NCBI GenBank assembly: GCA_964106645.2
Contig: OZ067050.1
Source: Podarcis pityusensis
Taxonomy: Eukaryota
Direction: 5' to 3' (one strand)
Length of the DNA stretch: 64,000 nucleotides
A model generated the notes under the pieces. The model searched no databases and was not told the DNA's origin. It saw only the letters and a list, made by a program, of their open reading frames with translations. Positions 52,299-64,000 of this stretch are shown here, one piece after another. The translations under genes and the position numbers were made by a program. Within the stretch, counting starts at the first letter, position 1. Each line of letters begins with the position of its first letter.

Positions 52299-52461
52299 TG
52301 TTCCGGTTTGCGAACGTTTTACAGAAGCCGAACGCCCGACGTGACTTCCGTGGCTTCTGATTGAGTGCAGGAAGCTCTTGCAGCCAATCGGAAGCCACGC
52401 CTTGGTTTTTAAACCATTTTGGGAGTCAAACAGATTAAATTCGAGAACCAAGGTACCACTG
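52299..52461. mobile_element. Truncated Tc1/mariner-type MITE (one TIR only)
   Basis: Ends CCAAGGTACCACTG-TA; the other end is fused directly to the 5' end of the PPP6C retrocopy. Confidence 0.8.
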
Positions 52462-52550
52462 TAACTTAAACAGGACAATTCTGTGAAGATCAGTTAATGC
52501 TGGTCAGCTCCACTAAAGGTTTTGAAAACTGGTGGTGATGGCGGTTGACA

Positions 52551-52582
<32 letters not shown>

Positions 52583-53404
52583 GTCTCTCGCTCCCCCTCC
52601 CTCTGCCAACTACCTTGCCCCAAAAGAGCAACTGGCCCAGGGTCACTCAGTGAACATAAGGACTGAGTGGAGATTTAAACCATGGTCTCCAAGATCCTAG
52701 TCTGTTCTGCAAAAAATTGCTGCTGGTGTCAAGGCTACTCAGCACTTGGTTTTGGAACAGGCTGTTTATCAGACATGCGGTGATGTTTCAAAAGGCTGCC
52801 ACACACCCAACTTGTTTGTTCCTCCCAATTTGTTTCTGGAGACGCAAGTGTAGTCACCAGAAAGCCTTGGGAACTCTGAAGTTCCAGAGAAGGCTCTTCT
52901 GGAACTTCAATCCAGATTTCATTTTTCTGTATGTACAAATACTGAAGACATATCAAGAGAAGAGTGAGAGAGACATCCTAAAATAGCCACTAAAAGCACA
53001 TTAAATGATAGCTAGCTTGCGATAAGTCATCTCACGCAGGCACCCCCAATTAATGACCTGGTAGCAGGAGATAGAATGACCAGCTCTTGCCACATTCCAT
53101 ATGCAGCGCTTGCAGAATTCATTTGGAAGCTGTTGCATCACGAGATCTATTTATCAGGGTAATTTGACGCTGGGTTTTAGAAAGAGAGAGAGAGGGAGAG
53201 GAAGCCAGTTGCCTGAACAGGTGTGTTGGATAAAACAGTCCCTGCATAAACATGGGCGTGACCTGCTCAATAAAGCTGCTAACTGGATTACAGTGGCACA
53301 GAATACACTGCTTAAAAAGAAGAAACATGAAACTCAGGAGGGGGGTGGATCTTAATGGAGTGCAACAAATGGCTCCATGCCTGCCCCATATCCTGTTTGC
53401 TCTA

Positions 53405-53673
53405 TAGGGTTGCCATACATCTGGAATTTCCCAGACTTATCCAGGATTTTGCCCTCGTAAACAACATCCGGGTGGAAAACACCGGGCGTATGGCAACCCA
53501 TGTTGCAAGTGTATATTTTGGCGAATTCTCTTAAAAATAGCTCAAAACTTATTTCTTTTCTTAGATCAACAACTTTGGCCAAAAATTTAAAAAGCTCAAC
53601 AACACCCCCCCCCAAAAAAACCCCAAACAACTTTTATGTTCAGGTTTTCACTTTTTGAAATATGGCAACCCTA
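53405..53673. mobile_element. hAT-type MITE with TAGGGTTGCCA termini
   Basis: TAGGGTTGCCATA / TATGGCAACCCTA; related fragment at ~4219-4291. Confidence 0.75.
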
Positions 53674-54191
53674 CTGCTTTCTCCCATCAGGTAGGTATCT
53701 AATGTTGAGCTAAGCAAAAAACTCAAATCAAATAACAGCTTCATGCTTCAAGGTTCTGCATATCTTCTGCAGCTTCCTTACTCACCATTCCTGTCTCAAG
53801 CACTGCCTCCAACAGCCTGCCGTAGTCCTTAACCCTCCTCTCCAGCCACTCCTCAAAACACCTGGATCCTCACTCAACTCTAAAGCAGGTCATTCATTAC
53901 AAAACAGAAAGAAAAGTGCCAAAGATCAAACTTGCGTTGAAGCTACACCCTCAGATTCAAAGTTCATCTCCCAGATTCCGGATGCAGTCACTGAGCGCTG
54001 AGAATCAAGGAAGGGGTTTTTGCACATGCTCAGAAGCACCGAAATTATTATTGCTTCCAAGACTGAATTGTAGTTATAATAAATAGATTCAAAATGAGCA
54101 GCTGTGTTGTAGTAGCTCAAAGTGTGGACTGGAATGTTCCTGATTCAAGTGTCACAAACTGATTGACTGACTTTCAGCAAGCAACAGTAAT

Positions 54192-54657
54192 CGGGGCCGT
54201 CTTAAGTATATCCAGCACCATGGTGCAAAGATCCTTCCAGCAACCCCCCCCCCCCAGGTTCCCAGAGTTGCCAACCTTTTTATGGCACTGCCAGCAGCTT
54301 TGAGGGGGTGGAGGAGGCGGGCAGCAGCAGCAGCTGGAGGGCAGCTCCTCCGGCGGGAAAGAGGCGGAGGCTCCGGGCGTGGCGCTGCCTCAGCGAGGCA
54401 GTTGAGGGTGGTGAGCTGATGCCAAGAGGCGCTGCGCCCAACCTCTGCCTCTTCCCTGGTGCCCATACCGCAGTGGCCACGGCAGACAGAGGCTCCGGGC
54501 GTGGTGCTGCTTTGGCATGGCATGGCAGAGGCGGGCAAGGGCAGCAAGCTGATGCCGGGAGGTGCCACTTCCAGCCTCTGTCTCTTCCCTGGTGCCCTCC
54601 AGAACTTGGCGCCCCGGCGCCCCGCACCACTTGCCCCTATAGGGCAAGACGCCCCTG
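54192..54657. mobile_element. GC-rich hAT-type MITE with internal ~120-bp duplication
   Basis: Termini CGGGGCCGTCTT / AAGACGCCCCTG; perfect 8-bp TSD ACAGTAAT. Confidence 0.88.
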
Positions 54658-57600
54658 ACAGTAATACTGGCCAACCTTACAGGTTTGTTGTAAGCATTAC
54701 TGAGATAATGTATCAGTGTCTTTTGAACACTTGAAACAGACTGTGGAAATGTATGGAGCACAATCCATCAGGAAGTTCTCCTGCACAAGCCCCACTGAAA
54801 AGAATAGGAACCACACAAGAATTAAGCTACTTCTCTAGGAGATGAGAAGTTCAAGGTGATGTGTTGGCAGATCTTGTTTTCCTTGGGGGGGAAAAAAACA
54901 GCAGGGGATACTTCAGGTATCCATTAATTGCTTTATATACAAATATTGTATAAGGTAAATGGGCATAAACAGGCACTCCCACAAGGCGGAAGATTCATCA
55001 GAAAGCAACTCAGGTACTCCCAGTCCACATATCAGGTCGTGTGTCATGTAAAACCACATACACTATCAGGAGGAGGCATTTCATAACCATTAACACCAAT
55101 TGATGAAAGAATAACCAACCATTCCGGGTAATTAACGAGCTATCTTCCTAACAAAGGAAAAATCAGCCAGCAGCTGCAACAGTATTATCACACAAGGACT
55201 GAGCCCTAGACCAGGAAACATCCCCTTGGTACTATCTGCTATAACTATTGTTATTGTTTTTATTTATTGCCAGTTTCTAAACCAAATGGTGCCGAGGTCC
55301 AGACTGTCTGGAACTGTTTCTGAACTCAGATTCAAACTGACTCTTAGTTTAAATGAATTTGGGACCAAAACAAAAACAAAAGCTTCCACTCGCATTCTCA
55401 AGTTTTGTAAAGGTGCACATAGCCATAAGAATAGCCCTTAATACTTGCAAAACCTGAATTTGGAATTTGATCTTCAAGCTTGAAGTGGCCGTTGAGTAGA
55501 AGGGGGAGAAGAGCTCCTGAAGAGCTCAAATTGCAGCAGTTGTTAGATCATGAAGAACTGATACCTTGGAAGCTTCTTGGCTCTCTCAAATCAGATTAAA
55601 ATCAAATACAGTTGTGGGTAACTGAGGAAGCATGTAGGCCATTTAGTTGGGCCCAATGACAAACCTTTAATAATACATATCCCCGCCCGTAGCCTGTATA
55701 AGACTTGAGAACAGACTTCTCTGGGAGCCAATGGGAGACTTTATTCAAATAAACGGCCACAGCACATAGAGAAAATTAACCCTTCCTCCTCCTCCTCTTA
55801 TCCACCCTCACCCGTGTAACAGTCTTACACCCGCAATATGGTAATTACGCTTGGAAACAGCTAGGAGCCTTTTTCCTTGCCTAATTGCAGTGCGGGGAGG
55901 GCATCCGGTGAGTCCAGAACGAAATCTAAAAATAAGCTGCATCCAGCAATCCTGGCTGTGGCTTGGCAAGAACTGGATTGATCTGAAATATGTTCTGTAC
56001 TATGAATAAATATATAGGATGATGAAAGAATTTCTTTGTTGGGTCTTCTGTAAACACTAGCAGAGCCATTGCTTTGTTGATTCAAAAGCAGAGTGTTACA
56101 AGAGGGCCAAAGAAGTCTTCTTTGGATCAAAAGTTTAAAAAGAGGGCTAGGTTAATATATTTTGGTGCTTGAGATGAAAAATCCAAATGGCATATTCCCC
56201 ACCTACTATTTAACATGGTCACAATCTATGAGGAATTTCTCCTGCAGAACACCCACTGAAATGCGTAGTGTAGTTCTTGCGTAGTTCCTATTATTTTCAT
56301 CAGCGCTTGTGCAGGAGAACTTCTTGACGGATTGTGGGTCGTACATCAAATCTTTTCTCTCTTCTACTGTGCGGCCCCCCCCTTTTTTGCACATGTTTAC
56401 TTCATTACATTTATAACCTGCCTTTCTTCCAAGGAGCTCAATGCAACACAGATAATTCTCTTCTCCCACTTACCTTCACAACAACCCTGTGAGGTAGACT
56501 GGCCCAAGGTCACCTGGTGAATTTCAGGGCTGAGCATTTCCCTCAACCTACCTGACGCATAGTCCACCAGGAATTTGTCTTAGAGTAGGCCCACTGAAAT
56601 GTATGTGAGCTCTTATGTAGTTCCTGTTTCCTTTCAGAGGAGCTTGTGCAGTAGAACCTCCTAACAGATTGCAGCGCATAGATCTAACCTGTATAACACA
56701 GCCTGTTTCCTTGCTTTATGCTACTTCTAGTTTTAAAAACGTGTTAAGAAACACAAGTTAGCCTTAAGGCCAGTCCTATGCTTTTCCAACTTCCATTCAT
56801 TAATGACAAGCTCTGCCCACATGTAGAGCTTACAACAGGAATGCCCAAAGTCCATTTCGGGGGGCCTATTTCCTGGGATAAAATCCTAAAAATAGCTCAA
56901 CAACCTCACAACCCTTCACTTCATCAAATCTGGCCCTCTTTGAAAAAAGTTTGGACACCACTGGCTTACAACATTTAGGCCACATTCACACCACACCTTT
57001 AAAACACTATGATACCACTTTAAACAGTCATCACTTCTCCCAAAGAATTATGGGAACTGTAGTTGAGGTGAAAAGCTACCCCTCTCCAATTGTAGCAGAG
57101 CTACAATTCCCAGAGTAGTTGAACCATTAACCCTTCTTCCCAGGGAACTCTGGGAATTGTAGCTCTGGGAGGGGAAAGAACAGATAGAAAAACACTGACC
57201 ACCAGCAAATAAAAATCGAATATCCAACAGATCTATCTATCAATTGTTATAAACCAAACTATCCTATTATTCAAAGGCTCTCTCTGTGCAATGTGACTTG
57301 ACCACTAACAATGCATGCTAACTCCTAGACAACTGGTGCATGAGGTCACTTTCCCTGTTTGACCAGGCAGTGCACACTCATTTGCAGAATAAGAAAGTGG
57401 CTGGGAAACTGGTTTGCCCAGTCTTAGCATGAGAATGTGTACCAAAAGACCTGAAAACAGAAACAGGTTAAATCTGGGTGCAAACTAAGAGATTACTGGT
57501 AAGTTTTTGCTTAGAGGCATTTGGAAGTTAAAGATGCTGGTATTACTTTAGGTCAGGTGTGCTTTTCTGCTTCCTCTGCCAGGGTAGGGTGTGCCATCCC

Positions 57601-57863
57601 AGGCAAACTCAGCAACCTCTATCTATTGCTCACCTCCCCTTAAAAGTACATGCTGAAAGTACAGATGAAACAGTTCACTAAGCCCTTAAGGTATTTACAC
57701 ATCTCTGTTTCTTCAGAGCACTTTCCTAAATGTGGCCTCATTTCTTGATAATGAAAGAAAGGGAGCACAGAGAGACTTAAGATGTGCTCTGTTTAATCTA
57801 TGCCACTTGTTCCAGGACCGGGCCCCAGTTGTAATGAGCACTGTGTTGTAAGATCTTTCATCT

Positions 57864-58232
57864 TCACATAGAAGATGGAGCAAGCTTGTTTTCTCCTGCT
57901 CCAGAGGGTAGGACCTGAACCAATGGATTCAAGTTACAAGAAAGGAGATTCTGACTAAACACCAGGAAGAACTTGCCAACAGCAAGAGCTGTTCCACAGT
58001 GGAATGGACTCCCTCGGAAGGTGGTGGACTCTCCTTCATTGGAGGTTTTTAACCAGAGGTTGGATGGCCACCTGCCATGGATGCTTTAGTTGTGATTCCT
58101 GCATTGCAAGGGGTTGGGCTAGATGACCCTCAAGATATCCCTTCCAACTCCACAATTCTATGATTCTATGAATCTAAGGGGGGGTGGACTGCATGTTCTC
58201 CAGGGATCCCTTCCAACTCAGTGGTTCTATGA
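57864..58232 (+). mobile_element. CR1 LINE 3' end with duplicated terminal segment
   Basis: ORF2 C-terminus-like sequence (CAGTGGAATGGACTCCCTCGGAAGGTGGTGG) and (ATTCTATG)n tail. Confidence 0.88.
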
Positions 58233-58474
58233 ATCTAAGAGTGAAATCTGGACAGAAAATTATCTGAATAGGCCTGACTAGACCTGGCAAGTACAGTATC
58301 TCATTTTTGTTAGGTAAAATAGACATGATATGCTGCCATGGGAACCAAATCGTTGGCTGACTGCTCTCAATAGCTGGCCTTCTGAATGACTAACAAATAA
58401 CCAAAAGGGCGAGATATCCAGCTGATGTAATATATGACGTAAACCCAGCCAGATTGGTGGGGTATAAGTAATAA

Positions 58475-58513
<39 letters not shown>
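58475..58513. repeat. (ATT)n microsatellite
   Basis: Direct inspection. Confidence 0.95.
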
Positions 58514-60469
58514 GTTAGGCATGTAAACTGACAGCATTTGAGGGTGCTGACTGGCTCTATGGAGATTTAGTGTGGGAGCAATAGCTTTTTGGACTATCTG
58601 TTGGAATGTTTAAACTGAATTTCCATGTATGCTCAATCTGTAAATTTGTAAATGAATAGATATTTCAAAATGTGATATGCCTCTTGCCTTCCAAAAGCAT
58701 CACACCCCCAAAATTCTCACTGCTCACAAAACCAGGGTGCACCTAACACTTGGTTTAAACTAAGTTTTAAATTGACGCTGTCTCTTCAGCCAATTAGTAT
58801 TTTACTAGTCCTGCCAATAAAACTGTGTGTAGTTAGATATTCAGGATTGTCAGTAAATCCCAGATCTGTGTTGCTAGGTTCTGTCAAGACTGTACTTAAA
58901 ACATGGCAACTTCTGCCTTGGGCCCTGTATTTCTTAAGGTTCTGTCTTTGACTCACTGGATTGCTTCAAACTCTGTTCTAACTTGCTGGTTCTGTAACTA
59001 GGGAGCCAGAGTTTTTCAGCCCACAAAGATGGCAACCTTACTGCCATTAGAAATCAAGAGTGGGACACTAGATGCAGCTGTTTAGGTATGCAAAGCCTGT
59101 GTGAGTCCGCCATTGTTTTCTCATAACTATTCTTTTGCCAAACTACAATCAAAATTCAGCAAAGAATCCAACTTAATTAACTGCCCCCTCCCCTCATACA
59201 CTAATTAAAACCTTTCCGCCAGTCTGCTTATCCTTTCAAGACTGGAGATCCTCGACATTTAGAACACTTCTGGTGGGCGTTTAGTATTCCCCTCCACAGA
59301 AGCAATTAGTAGTGAAACATCTGGACCCTCTTCAGATGAACTAGGCATCATTAACATGTTATTAAGACGTCCAGACGATGGAGGGGGGTGATGTGCTCCT
59401 TGCTTGACTGGAACTGTTCCAAAGATGCAGGGACTGTAGATGGATTGAGAACACAGCTTTAACCTGCTGACCCAAATGCTGGAACTAGAATTACAATCTG
59501 GTGTTGTGTGTGCAAAGGTATCAGAACTGGATGCAATAAAGCTGCGTCCACACAATTGGTAAATGCAGATCAACACTTGTTCTCTTTGTGTTTGCAACAT
59601 GTGCTCCAGCATTTGCGGTGGGAGCATCATAAAATGGTAGAAGGGAAGATATATGCCTGTAAATAAGCAGTGGGAATTTTGCCAGAAAGCCACAATCAGT
59701 TATGGATCGTGATTGTGTAGTCAAAGGTTTGGAATACCACGCCTCCAAGTTTCACAAGAAAACAACTGCCATATGGCATCCAAATTTGTACACATTTCAG
59801 ATTTTAAAAGCCTTGGCACATTGAAACTTCCAAGCTAACCTGAAAATGATTGTGCTGGACATAAGTGAGGCTTATAAGAGAAGTTATCTCTGCCTTGAAC
59901 TCAGAGCGTGATTTCAAACAAGTCATTTTATCTCAGCCTCCTCCAATGCAGGGGTAACAGACTGGCCTACCTTACAAGGCTGTTGTACAGATTACTAAAA
60001 TATCCCATGCAAAGCTCTTTGAAAGCTTGGGAAACATTATGCAAATACAAAGCCGCCTCCTTTGCATTCAAATCTATTTCCAGGATTTACAACTTGAGTC
60101 CTAAGTGGGCTCAAATTTAGCCCTGATAATAAATATCCACTCTACCAAATAAGGGGAGGAGAGTGGTCTGATGATAATAAACCTGCCAGACCGGTACTTA
60201 TCGAGAGCCAACAGCCCTGCGCAGTTGCTCTTCTCAAAGCGTTTTACTCAAAAACTTCCAGGAGGATCATGCATTAAGTTTGCACATCAAATCAGGAGAG
60301 AGCAGCGCAATACATAATTTTAAAGTATTGTAAGACACTGCGTGGGTTAAAAATGACGGAGAAGCATTTTTACGCTTTCCAAAATTGGTACATCTCTTTT
60401 CTTTCGAGTGAAAGCTGGTTTTCCTATTCTCATGCAAGAATTATTTTGCAGAGAAAGCCCTCGTTACAA

Positions 60470-61300
60470 ATTGTCACAACTTTGTTGCCGTCGTCGTCGT
60501 CGTCCCCCTCATGCGCGGCGCACACATTTGCGGAAAGATCTTTATATGTATTATATTTACTGGGAGCGGTCTGGGGAGGGAGGATGCGGCAGCCCACCCA
60601 GTGCCTGAGCGGGGCGGAGCAGCCCAGCTCGGCCGAAGCTCATCTCTGCCGTGGAGACATCCGAGATGCAAAAGGCAGAGGCCCGGCCACGTCAGCACGA
60701 CCACTTCGGGGGCGCCGCAAGGGGACGAGGCGGGGAGCGCGCCGCCGGAGTGCCGCTCGGACCCATGGAAATCCCCGCCGGGCTGATGCTGGTACGAGGG
60801 CGGGGAAGCAGCGGCGAGGGAAAAGGGGCGAAAGCCGGCCCTTGGGTTAGGCAGCCGCCTCAAGCAGAGGATTTTGGCCATCGCGAAAGGGCAGGCGTTC
60901 AATTCATTTGGACGCGTTTGCTCTCCAGCATCTGTGGAACTGTCTGCCTCAGGTGCCCAAAGGCGCGATGCACCTTCATTTGAGTGGGGCGGAGGGGGAG
61001 ACGCCGCTAGATGTCGGCGCCTGAGGCTGCAGAAATGTCTAGGGCGGGCCCGCCGGAGGGGCGGGGGGAAATCCGCCACCGAAGCAAATGCCTGCGCGTT
61101 CAGAAACGGCTCTCCAAACTGCGTTGTACAGTTCATTTTCTGAACTTTACGCACCTCGGTTCCCAAGGGCCGTGCGCACGCCCGAGGAGAAGGCGACGCG
61201 CGTGTTTGCAAGGCGCGTTAAGAACAAACGTCGTCCTGAGAAGGACGGGCACAGGACAAAGCGTCCTCGGCAGGGGCCTAGCTCTTGCTGAAGTGGTAAA
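60470..61300 (+). promoter_or_regulatory. COPZ2 CpG-island promoter
   Basis: CpG-rich with GC boxes (GGGGCGGAG), overlapping COPZ2 exon 1. Confidence 0.8.
60666..60791 (+). CDS. COPZ2: Coatomer subunit zeta-2, exon 1
   Basis: MQKAEARPRQHDHFGGAARGRGGERAAGVPLGPMEIPAGLML resembles the mammalian COPZ2 N-terminal extension (MQRPEAWPRPH...PSGLRL, from memory); CTG|GTACGA donor, phase 0; syntenic position. Confidence 0.8.
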
Positions 61301-62046
61301 CATGTGTCTCAGCTGCACCACGTTGGACTTCAAGGGGGGGGTCACATGACTGAAGGGTTTACCTATGCGAAACAAAACTCCCCTGCGCATAGAAAACTAA
61401 AGCTAAGGGAGAAGGGTTGGAACACAGCCTAGCCTTCTTCCTGATAGGCTCCTTTTCTGTGTGGGTAGGTGAATCTATTTTTCTTGTGGGCGTCCCCACA
61501 TTCCATTATACCAGCTTCCACTTGCAGTCAAAAATAGTCTAGTCTGGACACCAGTTTACCCCTACCAGTGTTGAAGTAATGTCCAAAGTGAGGCTAGAAT
61601 TGTAAACAAAACAAAGAAGAGAATAATTGACCTAAGGGGGAGGCTAATAAATGTATTGCCATAATATGAAATTTTTCTTATAGGCCAAAATGGCTTACAT
61701 TTATTTTTTGTTTGGCCCAGGTATGTGTTTCAGGAGGTCTTAGATCAATGATGAGGAAGCTGAGGCTCTGCAGATGTTGTTGGACTACAACTCCCAGCAT
61801 CTATGACTGGGGGCTGTTCTGCCTGCGGCTAGCGAGAGTCCAACAACATTAGGAGTGCCTCTGGTTCCTCATCCCAGTCTTCAACCGTAAAGTCTTAAGT
61901 GGACAGCACATCAAGGAGCACCTCAGAAAAGACATTGCGAATCAGGAAACCCTGGGGAAATGGGGGAGAATTCTAGGTTTCTGGGGTCAACAGAGCTAGA
62001 GAGATACTATTTATTGTGGAAATAAAAATAATAAAAATAAAAAATT

Positions 62047-62122
62047 GTCCAGTAGCACCTTATAGACCAGCTAAGTTTATTCTGGTATAAGCTCTCATGT
62101 GCATGCACACTTCTTCAGATAC
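62047..62122. mobile_element. Short Penelope-like terminal fragment
   Basis: GTCCAGTAGCACCTT...GTGCATGCACACTTCTTCAGATAC, recalled as a squamate Penelope terminus. Confidence 0.5.
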
Positions 62123-63085
62123 CGATGGACTTCCATTTCATTTGTTGTGGGACACAGTCCTTCGAGATCAGTTCTGTCCCCAGGAAGAACTGACACAGTG
62201 TCATCAGCCATACAAAGTTAAAAGAGATGGCACTCAGAATTAGTGGGGTCTCAAAGAAACAGTATTGTGAAAGGGGAAGGGACAGACCCCAGGGAGAGGG
62301 AAGCTGGTTCAGTATTCCACATCCAGGGACAGATAAGAGAATCCTTACTAAACGAAGATGGGGAGACTCATACAGGATGGGTTTTAGGCAGAGTGGGACC
62401 CAAAGGCATGGAAGGAGGCACCTCAGGGGAGTCTGCCATGTAGAATGTGAGGGACCCAAGAACTCACTACCATGAAATAGTAGTAGCAAGTGGTCCTTAG
62501 TAAACAAGCTATGGAAACAACTTATCTTGAACAAGTTCTGTAGAGGAAACCCAGAGAGACAGGAAGTACCATTTCCTGTTTGGGGAGTGCAGAAAGAGTT
62601 GTGAAGCGTTTGGTAGTGGGCTTTGTTGTTTTTGTGTGGGTGTAGACCTACTTTGCAGAAACACCAGTGAGGTCGGAGATGCACGGAAATTAGTTAGCTA
62701 GAAATATGAATGAAAGAGGTGCAGTGCCAGTCCAGAGAGCGAAAAGATTGAGTGCAGTTGGGGAAATCAAAACAATTTTGAACTGTAAGCTTATAGGGGG
62801 CAGGGTCCTTTTTTGTATATATTTTTGTGCTAAGTTCCATATATATTAATGGTGCCATACAAATATTTATTTTTTATTTTTGTAAAACAACTACCCTGCT
62901 CTTCAACCAAAAATGCCCATTGATTTAGATATTTAGATATGTTAGCTACATGGTATATGGTACTTGTATTTGTGGTAGTACAAGCTAAATGGGACAGTTC
63001 ATAGATCTCACTTAATATTTTCTGGCTTTTTAAAAGTACATTCTTATCCCTTCATCTAAGTAAAATCAATTCATTTTGATCCTAG

Positions 63086-63154
63086 GAACCGTCCCTTTAC
63101 ACTGTCAAGGCAATTTTCATCTTGGACAGCTTTGGGCAGCGACTTTTGGCCAAG
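63086..63154 (+). CDS. COPZ2: Coatomer subunit zeta-2, exon 2 (69 nt)
   Basis: cctAG|EPSLYTVKAIFILDSFGQRLLAK matches the zeta-COP longin N-terminus; ends AAG|GCAGGT (GC donor); remainder of gene outside window. Confidence 0.92.
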
Positions 63155-64000
63155 GCAGGTACCTCCACCAATTTTTTTAAAGGCTCAGTTCCACTCTGGT
63201 AAGACATCAGGTAGAATTATGAACACCATTTTTCAGGTTGGGAATAGAAGATCTCTGCTGGGGTGCATTCAGTAGTGGAGGTCAAACACATGAAACAAGG
63301 AATCCTACTACTTGTCCTTTGAGAAGGCCAGAGCAGCTTATCTGAGACTTGCAGTCAATCTCACACCCAGAGAATTGAGACCTGCTTAATTTGAACAGTG
63401 CACCCGCAGCATGTGTCCTCAGACCATTCATTCGGGTGGGCTTGTTGACTCCATCCCAGAAATTAAGAATTGCTATGCTGGATCACTGCTTAACAGCAAC
63501 CAACCAAGTTCAGGGGGGTGGAGATTGCATAAGGAGGGCAATATCTGCCTTCTGCTGTTATTTCCTGCATGAGGTCGGCAAGAGATCCTTATTACCTTGG
63601 CTAATTGCCCCAGCTGTACTGGTGCCCCATGTAGCCATCCAGTCCCTTTGAAAAGCTACTTTTGCTACTTGGGACCAAACACTCTTTGTGTTCATTGAAT
63701 TCCATCAGTTGAGTCTTCGTATCACGGGAATAACTTCCTGTTCTCGTAAATGTGTCCCCATCAATTTCAGCCACTGATTCCACCTTTATGCATTCTGACA
63801 GGTAATCGTTTTTCACTCTCTGTTCATCACTGATGTGAGGGATGAAGGGCCTGTGGACCTCCAGATGTCGCTGAACACAGCTCCTATCATCCCTGATTAT
63901 TAGCCACACTGAGGGCCACATGTTCCCCATGCCTAATGTATACGTTACTCATTCTTGAGAGAGAAACCATAGAGTGCAGGAGCGAGAGCGTGAAAGACTG

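Noticed and set aside
52877-52909. 12-bp-stem palindrome TGAAGTTCCAGA...TCTGGAACTTCA as a heat-shock element
   Set aside because: nGAAn units are not in proper phase; isolated short palindrome
54152-54761. Cluster of GC-rich ORFs as a CpG-island gene
   Set aside because: Explained by a TSD-flanked hAT MITE with an internal duplication
61097-61152. Hairpin GTTCAGAAA...TTTCTGAAC as miR-152
   Set aside because: Only a 9-bp stem and no miR-148/152 seed
62115-62684. 189-aa - strand ORF
   Set aside because: Intronic antisense in COPZ2, no recognisable homology
63601-63930. 109-aa - strand ORF
   Set aside because: Built from a MITE remnant plus a LINE-tail-like fragment

Overview
Vertebrate genomic DNA, most likely a lacertid lizard judging by its Sauria SINEs, hAT/mariner MITEs and CR1 tails. 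It carries the conserved HOXB-linked block CBX1-NFE2L1-COPZ2. CBX1/HP1-beta is on the + strand (4 coding exons, 185 aa) and converges tail-to-tail on NFE2L1/NRF1 (- strand, 5 coding exons, 764 aa). Beyond the NFE2L1 CpG-island promoter (~44.3-45.5 kb) lie a disabled processed PPP6C retrocopy interrupted by a hAT MITE and the first two exons of COPZ2 (+). The most interesting signal is a candidate isoform-control architecture inside NFE2L1. First, an internal promoter with two C/EBP-ATF (ATF4-type) sites and an octamer precedes an alternative first exon; that exon has a perfect donor in frame with exon 3 and an overlapping out-of-frame uORF, predicting a stress-gated NRF1 that lacks the ER anchor. 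Second, there is a degenerate ~83-bp repeat array with tandem splice donors. Third, a spliceable 5'-UTR intron holds most of the upstream ATGs. Other points: a GC-AG intron in COPZ2, no recognisable miR-152 in COPZ2 intron 1, and CBX1/NFE2L1 poly(A) signals under 300 bp apart. All calls were made by eye, and comparisons with mammalian sequences are from memory.
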